The notes beneath the pieces are model-generated. The model made no database searches. It saw only the letters and a program-made list of their open reading frames with translations, and was not told the origin of the DNA. A stretch of DNA of 64,000 nucleotides from Trichoplax sp. H2 (Eukaryota): contig NOWV01000001.1 of assembly GCA_003344405.1 (NCBI GenBank), positions 496,001-560,000 of the forward strand, given 5' to 3'. Shown piece after piece: positions 32,301-46,100 of the stretch. How positions within the stretch are numbered: the stretch's first letter is position 1; the number at the start of each line of letters is the position of its first letter. A program made the translations under genes and the position numbers.

Positions 32301-33806
32301 TAGCTATTTAAATTCATTTTATAAGGTCATCCATATGCATACTGTAAATAAATAATAGAGATGAGTTTAAATGAGACACTAAGTATCGCCAAATTTAGGT
32401 AATAGACGCGTATATTTTATTGCAGGGCGGCAGAAAATTTTATCCGCGCAAAATATGTTAGCAAACAGTACGCTGGGCAAAAGTTACCAGAAGAAAATAA
32501 ACCAAAGGTATCAATGAAAATTGCGCCTTCTGAATAAATATGATACCAGTTACTGTCATTGATCCACCAATGATAATACATTTGCATAATTTTTGCTTGT
32601 ATTTTTGGTATAGGCTACAAGTAAGACTGGGAAAACTACTAACCAGGTAAACTGACCTTCAGTATCTTATATGTTGTTGTCTAATTTGAGGGCTATTACG
32701 GAACCGGCTATTGTTCTTTTTTGAGATATCATACTTTGATGAAAATAACAGAGTGTAATAATCTATGAAATTACTTTCTATTGCATTATTTAGAATACTC
32801 CAGCTGCTGTAGCGCAACATAAATCACGCCAAAGTTCCTCATCATCATCGTCTTCTGTTCAAGAACGACAATCACCTGCCAAACGAGCAACTCCAGTACA
32901 ATCTCAGAGTCCTGCCCCTAAGCCGCAGCAACAGTCCGCAATTGCTGATCTTTTGAGCTTAGATACACCAGTTCAGCAAGCACCAGTTCAACAATCTCAA
33001 GTAGTAAATGCACCTCCCCAGCAGGTACCTTCTAATACTCAACAGGCAATCCCATCGCAAATACCACAACAGCCTCAAAATCAGCAACAAAATCTAATAA
33101 GTGAAGCAGCTTTATTCGGAACAAACGAACAGAAAGCAAGCATTGATAAGGACTCTATTTTATCTCTGTATGGTAAAAATACTCAAACACCAGCCTATGG
33201 TGTTCCAGGTAAAATTTCTGTTCTGTTCACTAGCAATGTAACATTATACTGTATTTCTACGACTATTTTCTACTATATTAATATAACAATTATTTTATCT
33301 TAGGTGGTATAATAATGAGTCGGCCGCAAGTCAGTAATACAAACATGGTACAACAAGGACCTGGTATGATGTATCAAGGTCAAGGTGGAATGCAGCAAAT
33401 GCAGTATGGTAACAGGATGCAACAATTCCAGCCCATGTCTCAGGGTATGGGTCAAGTAAATCAAATTACACAAGGTATGAATCAAATGTCCGTAACTGGA
33501 GGAGCTGGTTTACCAAATCAACAAGCTATGTATAATACCCCCTCTGGAGGTGGTAACTTTAATATGCCTCAACAAAATCAATTTAATATGATGCGACAGC
33601 AACAACCAATGCAACAACAGTTTCAGCAAAATTTTATGGGACAATATCAGCAAAACCCCACTATGCAGCAGGCTCCGCTAATGCAAGGAAATCAGAGACC
33701 ACAAGTGTACAATCAACAATTTGCAACAAACAACCAGGGTGGTATGTATGCTGGAAATCAGCAAATGACTCAAGGGCAGACTTTAAACAATCAACTATGG
33801 AATTAA
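29395..33806 (+). CDS. SMAP1: Stromal membrane-associated protein (SMAP1/2) ArfGAP, 7 coding exons
   Basis: [16 protein letters not shown]...[50 protein letters not shown]; clathrin-box-like [17 protein letters not shown]-rich tail ending NNQLWN*. Confidence 0.93.
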
Positions 33807-35420
33807 ACTACTATTGCATCGCTATACTATTGCAATGATTGTTGTTACAGTATAAGTCCTTACTATCTTTAGTTAGAGCGAAAGATATTTACTGCATACA
33901 ATTTTATCATTGTATTATTAGCTTCGTAATAATTAGGTAACATTTGATATCTTCACATGTACCGCCTCATAAGTAATAGGGAATTTTAGGTTTCAATTGC
34001 CCGTAGGCTTTAGCTAATGCGAATAAAAATAAGTAGTGTAGCATACCATTACGTATCACGTATTTTGTAAATTGTTATATCTCTTTGTTGATATTCTGGT
34101 TGTGTTGTCCATAGTAATCATTTCAATTATTATACATTTATTAGTAAAGAAAAATTTTAGATAGCTCGCCTGCTACTAAAGTATCGTGATTTGAGAATTT
34201 TTACACTTTTCGTGATAGCGTGATAGTAGACATTCAGTTGGCTATTCTATTTTCACTGCACAGTGACCGATACTATGTACGATTGTATTTTACGCTTCTT
34301 GAATTCCTAAGTATGATATGTTAGATAATTCAAATCTTAAAGAGGTATGTAACTGTAAGCCATCTGCTAAATTCGGTTTTTCTGATTTATTCAACTTGTA
34401 ACCCATTCATCGTTGCTCAGTTCGTTGTCGATCAACCGATAATACACGATGCAAATCCTACTTGTGAAAAAATAATTGCCATTCAAGATGTACACATGTA
34501 CAGCATTATATTTTTCATTGTCTTACAAGTCATTGTGCAGTTTATAATAAACTGTACGATGTAGTAGAAAAGGTATACTCTACGTATACAAAACAGTATA
34601 TCATCTTAAATAAATTTAGCAAGCTACTTCATGTTCTCATGGGATATAATGTTATGTGTACGTTAAATTTTTAAGCTACCGTCATACTATAATTATAGGA
34701 AAAAGTTCAGAACGAAACAATTGATTATTGATGTAACCACATTGTAAGATTCGGAAGATTTAAACATTGTTCATATAAATTTGAACTGATGCATAAAGCG
34801 ATATGTTGATGAATTCACCCAGTGATTACATCATATGAATATTACTTACAACTGATGAAGGTCCGCGAAAATTACAGTTATAGTTTTAATAAAAACGAGT
34901 GGCATACCCATTTCATTTCTACAACCGTAATTAAATATAATTTAATCAAAGCTTGAATATTAATGCAAAACTCGAACTACTCATTCTGTGATCTCTCTGA
35001 AGGCGTTCAAGACCAAAGAATCAAACATTTTCATGAGAATTTTATTTCTGAAAGTATCAATATATAATAATAATAATCTATGCTCTTAAAAGAAAACTAA
35101 TCAGATAAGAGCATAAAAATTAATTATAAATACATATATTTTAGCGGCAATTTATAATCTAATAGTGAATATACTTTTAAAACGTTCATAAGAAATTATT
35201 GATTTATGGCTAGAATACGGTAATTGCTAATAGTATAACGGCAAAGAGCAGAGTTAAATATACATTTATGTATGGATGTACGTATATATATACATATCAT
35301 GGTTTATTAAATTCAAGCTTAACTTTTTTATAAAAATATTCCACGCGCTTTTTACATGGTGTATCTGATAGTTTATGAGACCTCTTGAAAATGCAAGCAG
35401 CCGAAAATATACGTTCAGTA

Positions 35421-38400
35421 TTATAAAAGTGTCACCCCTTTGCTATGATTAGTATTAACCATGGACCTTTCCTGTGATATTTGCTCGGCTTTGAAGGCAA
35501 CTTTTGTCGATTTCTTCTGTTGCCGTCTTACCTAATGGGGAAATAACATGTGGATATTATCGTAATTGAATAGCCGGGGGGTATTAAGATAGCTGCAAAG
35601 GCTAACCTTTTTTTGTCCTTTAACTTCCAATTTTCTTCGTCGTTTCTCCTCCTTTGTCTCATTCTTACTTCTGGTAATATTTGTCTTGACTGTTATGATT
35701 TAAAAAGGCATATTAAAAGTACTCGTAAGTTAATATTACTAACAATTAATAAAACAAAATCAGTGTCAATAGAGTTAATATCAACAATTTAATTTGCAAA
35801 CAGTACCTGATACTACTTTCTCTTTAGGTGATTTTCCAGGTAAAACTCCTAATGGTATTCCAGTCTTTTTCGATAATATTATCTGAGGTTTATCAGATAT
35901 TTTCTAAGTAAATAAAGTTAACCGTTACGGGAATTTATGTTTACATTTTTACAATATGCCATACGCAATATCAAAAAATACCGTACGTTTGCGTTCTTTT
36001 TAGGCGGGTTTGCAATTATTTTGGGGTGATTGTAAGCAGTTGAGCGGGTTTCTAGTATCGATTCACAATCCCATAGTTCACGTTTTTCTTCAACCTCTAC
36101 CAATTCAGTTGATTCCTCACTATCTGACTCTGTACTTTCGGTTTCATTGTCATCATCTAGATCGATTTGACTTTCTTCCATTGTATCACGTGGTTCGGCG
36201 TTAGTTGGCTTTTTTGCGTTAAGTGGACGACTTTATATTGTAAATAAAGTAAAAGCAAATTTTTAATCCACTTAGTATGGTTTATAAATTGGCATGTTAA
36301 TTAATCATACATTTAGGCATGAGCAAGGCTTAATTTTGTCATAGCCAACTTACTATGAATTATCCATTAGAGACATTTGTTCTTCAATTAATCTACTCAA
36401 ATGTTGTTCAACTAATTCTCGCCTTTCATCACCAGAAATATTATCTCCACTATCATCAGGAGCACCGATTTCATTGTCTTCATATTCCTCCAGTATCTGC
36501 GAGAAAAGGTTTAAATGCGTCAAATCTGGAACAGCTGCTATTATCAATACTTATTCTACAATAACACTAATAGCGCTAATATTGCAAATTTAAAGTACAC
36601 ATAAAAGAGCTTACGATCTCAATAGGTATACTCGTATATAAAATCAAAGGATTTCTACCTTGTCAAATCTGTCATCTAAATGAGTTAAACCTATAATTAT
36701 AGATTAAAACACATTCAGGCGGTTATATATTTGTTTAGGCCATCGAAAGACTTTTGAAAACATGTATTTTGGCAATGATCAGCTTATTAACAGTATGTCC
36801 TAACCTTCTCCTCGTCTTACAACAGATGATGTCAATGATAATCCGGTAAATTGTGAGACGTTATCGTCATCAGCCATGGAATTCATACATTCGTCACTAC
36901 CAAATGAATCATTTCTGTATCTTGACATATCATTTTCATTATCATCGTATCCCCCTTCGTCCGCGTCATATTCCGCTTCATCTACAACATCGGCCTATTT
37001 GTTAAAAAAATAAAGAATTCGATATACGTGTGGTTAGAAAGATGATATAAGTACATGACGTTAATGCTTTTTACAATATAGGATGTTTCTATTTTAAGTT
37101 CTAAATGTAATTTACTTTTCGCATGAAATCATCTTCCAATATGTTATCTGGATCATCGAGATCAAGAGCATCATCTAACGCGGCTACAATATCTGGATCC
37201 CATTCTGGATGAAGTCCTGTTATAATTTAATGTTTATATATAGTAGGGCAATTTAATGATACATACGCGAATTACGATACTTATTTGATTTATCAAAATA
37301 TATGACAATGAAAACTCTCACAAGGCCGACTAATAATATCACTAAGTTAGTAATTACGAATAGACTGAATAGTAAAGGCTACGTACTCAGATTATCATTA
37401 AGAAGACATTTTCTAACTTCTAGTTACTACCTAGCAATGATATTGTAATCATAAGTTACCTTGCGATTCAAGACCACGATTCAGAAGACCGACATCATCT
37501 TCACGTTGCGACGGAAAGGCATTTGCCGGTAACTTTATTTTTGACTAACAGGGTAATGATTAATATTCCAATACGGCATAAGGTTAAATGCACGATATTC
37601 ATTACAATCTAGCCATTAAATCTACTAGTAATAAGTCAAGCTCAACTAACCTTATTGGAACCGATGTAAACAAAATCAACATTGTCACTTGAGGTTGTGG
37701 CTTTATCATGGCGTTCTTTAAGGTGCTGCATGTAGTTGTAATCGTCATCAAAATAGACACCATACTTCTCCTGTTCGTATACCCGAGCTTGATAATCATC
37801 CTGTAATAATAAACTTGAGGCATTAACAACTATTAAGGCAAGATTAGTACAGTATAGGAATAAATTAATCCATCTATAAAACTTTGATCGATATGCCTTC
37901 TAGAATATTGGTCAATAACTAATAGCAATGATCATGTAGCAGGCAGTACTTTAAGTTCTCAACGACATCATTTGACTCACTTATTACTATCATATAGTCA
38001 GTATACTACTGATGTATTCAGATTGCTGTAAAGGACGATAATGCAAAATTCAGCTAGTGCTTTTGGTAATCTCATCAACAATTAGAGAATACACTGTACT
38101 TTGAGCTTTAACTATAGGAGGCTGCTAAACTGGTCGATCTCATTTGTAAAGATAGTAGTAGGAAATATGCAGCGATCTTGTAGGGTACTACAGGTTGTAA
38201 TCAACAAGCAGCATGTGCACTTGTGCAGCCTATTTAGAATGCTACTCCTCATATTCGGTCGAGTACAGTACTGCTATTACTAGATATAATTCTGCCAAAT
38301 TCACTTTCGCCTCCAGATACAAAGAATCTACTGTACAGTAGTCAATACTTTAAGTAAATATGTTACTTGTATTGATTGATAGTGGAGATTGCTATACGAG

Positions 38401-38833
38401 TATATTATCATCCTATGGGCCTTCGCTGTATTTAAGTTTGGTGCATGTAATATTCAAATTCGATTCGATATAGTGTCGATGATCATGTTACTAGAACGCC
38501 GAGTTACCTCCTCCATCTTTGGCTGTCTTGTTTCTTCATTCTTGTCTGTATCAAACGGGTGTAAAACATATTGCGGTGCTTGATCATCGGCAATAAGTGG
38601 ATCTCGCTGACTTCGATGAACAAGTTGGAATCGATAACCTTCTTTCTTGCCAATAAATGGCTTCTTCTTGCGACCCTATTTGAAATGATCGACATTTTGT
38701 TATGTCCTTCGATTACGCTTGTACATTCGACGCTTACAGTATATACCGGATAAAAGTTGCTACACTTGGAAAAGTACAATCGCATAGTATTCTACTTGGA
38801 TATCAAGTCATCTATCTTAGATGTACATACCAT
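35421..38833 (-). CDS. LTV1: LTV1 40S ribosome biogenesis factor, multi-exon; first coding exon is only the ATG (38833-38831)
   Basis: M|GRKKKPFIGKKEGYRFQLVHRSQRDPLIADD, EQEKYGVYFDDDYNYMQHLKE, DPDIVAALDD, SQFTGLSLTSSVVRR, WDCESILETRSTAYNHPKII, RSKNETKEEKRRRK. Confidence 0.93.
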
Positions 38834-41800
38834 ATTGAACTTTTATAAAGTCTACAATTCTCTAAATCCCTTCAAAATCGACAACAAGGTGGAAAGTTAA
38901 TTTCTCCGCATGCGATCCAAGCTGAAGTTTATTTTGTACAGTACAGTACCCACCGTCACCTCACAATTAATCACGTCATCCACGTCTGTAACAACAGTAC
39001 GGGTGACGGTAATGAGGAGTCAGTCAATCCTGGATTGCAGCTGTAACTCGGTTAGGCTGACTCGCATAAAATGTCACGTGGTCTTATGCTGAACTTCAAT
39101 GTGGCCGCAGAATGCTCAAATCTTCAGTACGGTGCTTTACAGTATAACAACTCAAACATGACTTTACTCTTGAGTTCGTTTGGCATAACTAGGCATCTGG
39201 AATGACTCTCCATAAGCTACAGTACTACGTACTGTCAGATTCTACAGTACCTTAAAACAGACGACTGTCAACAGTATCAGTACACTAACAGTTACAGTAC
39301 AGTTACAGTACAGTACTGTACGCGAGAAGGCTAGACAGCTCATAGCAGGGATATCTACTGTACACTGTACACTGTACAGTATACAGTTTGAGCCAGCTAG
39401 GCAAAGGCAAAAGGATCAAATCGAAGGCTGCCAGACCTGAGCACAAGAGCACGTGGAGAAGAGATTAGTCTTCCCTTTGGCGTTGATAGTGGCATCGAGA
39501 GCATGACAAGTGCGATTATTCAGCACTTGTCGATGTAAAGAGAGTAGATAAAGGACGACTTAAACTTTTAAATCAACAAACTCCAAATACAGAAGAGAAC
39601 ATGCTTGATTTTTCGCCGTTTTCGATTGGAGAAAGTTGAGAAACACAGATGGGAGGATCTGCACCATGTTGGTAAGCTTCGGATAAAAGTAGATTACAGA
39701 TACTGAATTTAGTATCGGCTATTACAAATAGACATGCAAAAGTCATCATACTGGCCTGACACTTACTAGGATGAGAAGAAAAATAAAATATAACTTTCGT
39801 TCTTCTGAATCGAATGATTGTAATTCTTAATTCTGATACTTGAGCTTCACAAGGCTATTGCTAAAAATGGCTGTTTTTATTACCAGTATAGTAGCTATGA
39901 CACACTCTTCAATTGCATGCTCATGATATTGAATTAATGATCGTAATCGTTTATCTATTGTCGGACTGATGATTTGGAATCCTACGGTAGCAATCACCTG
40001 AAGAATAAAGATATCATGGTCTTGTCATCGCTGTTTAATGGATAAACTACTCTTATACTACCAACCTATCAACCTGCCAGAATAACAAGATTGCCCTGCT
40101 CTCACATGTCAGATGGCATGACATCGTAGCAAGAGTAAATAATGCGGCACAGTATCGACTGAAGATAGGAATGGGATGGACGATGCACTATACGTCAACA
40201 TCAAGTTTCTTTCTTTGATTAAGAAAATTTTGGGTAAATTGATTGCTATATACTTTTACAGTATACTCGTATACTCATAGCCAATCTATCTAGAATTATA
40301 ATTCTACCGTAGTTATAAACCCGTTCGTAAAAAACATGTATTACTAGTTATTGTAGTTTGTTTCATAATACAGTACTGTATATCGTTGCTATGATGCAAA
40401 TGAATTTCTTCACCTGAAGATCACCGTGTCGATTAATAATCGAGCTTTTTAAAACTGAGCAACGTCGACATTATACATCTACTACGTCAAAAGTGTCAGA
40501 CTGAAATTACTGGTATGGCTAAAATGTAAATGTATTAATTGCCTATATTTCTCTATATTCAACTTTGCTATCATCAGTTAAAAATTACTAAAATGGGTAG
40601 GACGTATCCGTACACGCAACACTGTCCAGCCATTAAAAAAATGGTAAGTCTACTGCTTTAAATTATTAAAATTAGAGTGAAAACTTTTGGTCAAGCTTCA
40701 TTGATGACATACAGTATATATTAGACAGAATGCTATATGACGATTATTTAAGTCTCTGACGAAGCTTAGCAGTAAATATATCCAACATCCCAAATGACGG
40801 GCCATTGATAACTTTTTACTACTGAATTTTATCCTATAATATACCTGTTTTTATAATTGTTTGCAGGCTGTAAACGACTGGGCGATTGCGAATGATTTAA
40901 AAGCAAGTACAAGTAGCCTTATGATGGTACGTGATACAGTACTCGTTGAACTATTTTAGATAAAATCTAAACATATATATATATATATATATCAATATTG
41001 TATTAGTTATTTCTGAATGTACAGCTTCGTATAGTGTTATCAAAGTGAGTGGCTGATGATTTAGCTTTGGTACTGGGCACGGAGTTGATTTACAACTTGT
41101 ATCCAGTATCACACTAGTTACATTGAATCGTATCAATGGTGAAATTTTGCTAGGGGCCATCTGACACTATCCGTACATTCAATGAATACATTAATGCTTT
41201 AGAATTTTGTGTATAAAAGCAATTAACGTACTGCGTGTTTTTAGAAAATTGGAAATATGGCGTTCCTCGAGCGCGCTGAGACTCTTTCGAAAATGAAAAT
41301 TCGGTTATGTGATTGAGAGCACTCTGGACTTGTAACTTGATCACCTGTACCTCGGAGGCTCGGACATCCATATCGATAGTTTACGCCAGCTAATGTGAAT
41401 TCCTCAAATTTCTTTATAGTTGTCAATAAAACATTTTCTTTATTTCAACAAAACTATTTATTATGGAACTTGTGTGAAATCAGTTAACCAGTTAATGAAA
41501 ATTAGCCAGAATCACAATGGACACTTATTTAATTTATAGAAGATTTTAATGCATGAAAGCGGATAAAAGTCATCAATTCATAGATTTTGAAGTAGTTCTA
41601 GAAATTTAGACTCTAATTAACATCGTCAGCGGCTATATCAAGTCAGCTCATAGTATGCAGCCTATGTATTCAGTAATAAACAGTACTGTAGTTACTTTTT
41701 AGATATTCATAAACTCCCAGAATAAATATTCGTAGTATTACCGTACAATATTGTCAATGGCAGTATCAAGGACTACACTAATGTTGAACATACAACCTTT

Positions 41801-43196
41801 ATGCATTGATGTTAAACTTTGTTCCTCAAGACTTTGAAACTATCGAATACGGTGAAGTAGAATTTGATTTATTTATTATCATCGCAGCCCGAAATGATAT
41901 AAATTTTATAGTCAATACAGCAGTAAGAAAATGAGATTGCGTTAGTAAAAACACGAAGATCATTGAGACACCGATGCACCAATATCAAATACCAATTTTC
42001 CATAAAAACCGCTGCTGCCTTAAGCATTCTTTAAGTACAATCGTCGGTTATTCTGCCTTAAAGTTAAAAAAGAGGTAAAATGCAACCCTGCATGATAGAG
42101 GACTTTTTAGAATCATCTCATCGTCTATCGCCGAGATTCGAGCATGCGGACAGACAGACACTCAATACTGCCTTCCGTCAAACCCTAGCTAGTACGATGG
42201 GCTCTATTATGATTATACTGGACAGTGTACGGTATATAATTAGTTATGTAATAATAATAACAATTATACAGTAAATTATTATACGCTCAATCCGAGCGGA
42301 AGAAGAAATCTACAATCTAAATAGTTCAATCAGTCCATCCATGTTCAAGGCTAAAAATTGTGTCTATATTTTAGTGTTCTAACTTGTCATTAGTTACTGA
42401 TTACCATTACATAAGCGTATGTACAGTATAATATAATAGAGGAAAGTAAGATGTCACTAAAGAGTTCCGATGAATGCTAATTATGCAGATATCATAAAGC
42501 AAAGAAGATAATTCATGATCATTATCTATGGACAGATCAGAATTATGCGATAGAGGTATTGTGCGCGTATATAGTAGAGATTAACAATATAGTCGTCATT
42601 GGATGAGTTAGTTTTAAAATTTCATGGCAATGATGTTTTGCGTCTACATAGGGTGTAAACTGTGTAGTGAATTAATTTCGTGCATCCGACCTTGCATCCG
42701 TAAATCAATCTTATGCCATTTGCTATCATCAGCACAATATTATGGGTAGTGTTGTGTAAAATGTAAATGCTGTTCACTTACTATTTTATAACACTCTATC
42801 TTGTTTACAAAATTCAATCTGGACCTATTCACTATATAATTGAATCGATCTCGATTCTCTTCTACTGTAAGGTATTACTAGTTTGCGGTAAACTACTGTA
42901 CCTTGCATAATAGCACTAACAGTACGAGTAATGGCTTGCCAGAATGGACATAGTAAAATCTGTACCACTAGAAGTTAACCTCTGATCTTGAAACGTACTT
43001 GATTTTCGCTAAATTAATACTATACTATTATTATTACGGTAGAAAGCGTAATCAATAAATAGATTTGATAATTCAACTACCAAAGTAAGTAATCAGCAAG
43101 GTCATTGACAATCAAATGAGAAGGAAATTATTAATATCAGTGTATGAAAGCAAGTTAAGTAAAGCTTTCTCTACCATGTATCTTTATAACCGACAG

Positions 43197-46100
43197 ATAG
43201 TCTATTAACGCCTGCGGTTAATAATGCCAGCGTTGGCTTTATTCACTCTCCGAGCTGCTGCCACTGGATATACAAGTAAGTTTTTATAAAATAAAACACA
43301 AATAATTAACATTGGAATAATGGATCTTATTGTTATGATCGCTCAACTGTTAGCTTCCATCTTGACGTAATTTTAGTAATTTAAGATACTATTCTTCCTA
43401 TGGGATATAAGAAATAACGATCTAGGTAATGCAGGCCAGAGAGTCATAAAAATGAACATTATAAACAAGAATAAAAAAAAAGTATCGTAGAACAAGATAC
43501 AGTAGTTGAATCATATAGTAATCACTATATCATCTATGAATAAATAGAATAAATTGAAATAAGAGTGTAGCACAAGCATTTATACTCAAAACACGCTTAT
43601 AATGCAATGGTGATGATTAAATATATCCGATGATACATGCAGTAGGTTATTTCATACAATTCGGTTTAACAGGGGTAAATCTAAGTTCCTGTGATTCGTA
43701 TAATCATATTACCATAAAGAAAAAATTCTGCAGGTATTGATGAGACGCTATAGCGCCATAAAATAGTACTAAAATTATCTACGATTATCGTCAAAGTCCC
43801 TTAGGAGATTTATTATTCAGACCATTACAATTTTCGCGGGTTTGATTAACATGACTTCAAGAAAACATTAAGATAGCACAGGCAATACTGTAAGCTACAT
43901 TGCTTAAGTGTTGTATCATCATTGCTGAGTTTAAAGATTGCGGACGAGCTGGTGTAAAATTGCATGATTAAAATCTGTGATGAATGTAAACATATGTTAA
44001 TAAGAATATACATACGTAAATCTAATTTAAATCTTATTGTACTCGTATACGGCAGCGAGCCACTTAAATCTCCGTTATTTTAAGTGAGGTATTATTATAA
44101 AGTCTATTAAAAGCAAAGCTGATCTTATACTGTGCAAAATCGATAACCCAATCGATCTTCCCAAGATATCCGTAGCAATTTCAACATTTTTTTACATCAC
44201 TACTATCCTATACTTAAATAATATCGTGGACCCATGAACTAAATATTTTTATTAAGACTTTCCAATTGCAAGATTGACTACTTACTTCTTAATTATATTT
44301 ATTAACAGAGGCACAACGAAAACAGTTTTATGGGCTTCACTCATCTCTGCAATAGGAGGTTTACTCTTTGGCTATGATATTGGTAAAATTTACTTTTCAC
44401 CTAAATTTAATTTTAATGAAATTTATTACTCACTACACAATTATGCTAGTACGTGTATTTAACAGCGAGAAGGTAATTCATAAATTTTTCAGTAAACAAG
44501 TGGATTGGCTAAATTAAAGTATAGCTTGAAAGCGTAAGATTCCTACCATTACTATTTAAATTTATATGCTCCATATCATTTCATAATTAGGCGTTATTTC
44601 TGGAGCTATTTTGCAGCTACAGAAAGTTTTCAATCTTAACTGCATTGAACGCGAGAGAATTGTCGGAGTCATGCTAGCCGGTGCTGTTGGTGGTTCTATT
44701 GTCGGAGGTGCAGCAACTTTTATTCTGCAGTTAATGAAATTATGTAGCATCTTTTCCTGTTATCTTATCGTAGTGCCATAGACTATAAAACGCCCAAATT
44801 ACTGCGATTAGCTCTCGCTGTAAGTGAATGATAAACTTGACAACTGCATCTCCCCATTGATAATTTCTAATACGTATCTCGTTCCTTTCTGTAGCGAAAG
44901 ATCATACGAGCACTAAAGCATTTGCAATCTAGTTATGGTGTCTCCTAGCCTTAGTATACAGTTTACGGCACATGATTTATCTATTTTGTTCCTAGATCAA
45001 GATTGATATGCGTACAGTATATTTGACACTAAATAATGGAATAGATTCATTTTACGATTTGGAAAGCGTCATCATGCATGAATAGAATTTTCGTTTTTTC
45101 GTCGATTTTTTGACGACCCTGTTCGAAAAGCGTTACGTCGAATTGTATAATTCAATATGTGACAGCTTTCTTGTGACAAGCATTATAATTTATGTAATTT
45201 TACTGTAAAATCTCTATACTTATTATTACTGTGTATTCAAGTTAGAAACGATATCCTTTTACAATCTAGAATGTGATCTCTAATACTGTCTAAAATTCTT
45301 TTGCTGACATAGGTTATATGATCGATAAATTAGGACGCTGGACATCGATATTATTAAATTCAATTGTATTTATAATTGGTGCGTTGGTGATGAGTCTAGC
45401 CCATAATTATGCTACTCTGGTACGAAAAAAATTTAATTACTCCACCTCTTCTTTTTCCTCGCCTGTTGGGGTTCAACGCTTATTTGTAAAAACTGTTCTT
45501 TGCATATATAATGAATCACATTCATCATTATTATAACAGATTGTTGGCCGCATTCTCATCGGATTTGCTGTGGCTATCTCAGCCATGGCAGAATGTGTAT
45601 ACATAGCAGAAATTGCTCCTAGTGTAAGCACAATAATAATAGTACATTTTTCTTACAGTGGCTTCTATTATACATTTAAACTTGCTCCTTTGATTATATT
45701 ATTAGAACCGACGTGGAAGCTTAATTACTCTCAATGAGTTATTCATTACTTTGGGATTACTTTTGGCGTATTTAATCAACTATATTTTCATTGATGTGGC
45801 CAATGGATGGTAAGAAAACTCAATATTTCTAAAACCATGCTTATAATTAATTATTAATTAATTTTACTAACTAACGTACCGCATTTGTTCATGTGTTCAT
45901 TACTGTAGCGATCATGTACTATATTTTTTTTCTAGTAACTATTAATTGCTGTACATATATTAACTAAAGCATACCGGCAGTTTTATTATCTATAGTATAT
46001 AACGGTAGCATAGGATAAATAATTCTCATCAATAGCGAAAGTCAAAAGCTTCATACAACTTGAACTACAGTATGTATAGGTTTTGTTAAGGGTATAATTA

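Noticed and set aside
39649-44311. Splice 39671 to 44309 creating an in-frame TGA (possible selenocysteine or readthrough)
   Set aside because: Exon 43197-43275 gives an ordinary in-frame junction, no SECIS was recognised, and the family is not known to contain Sec.
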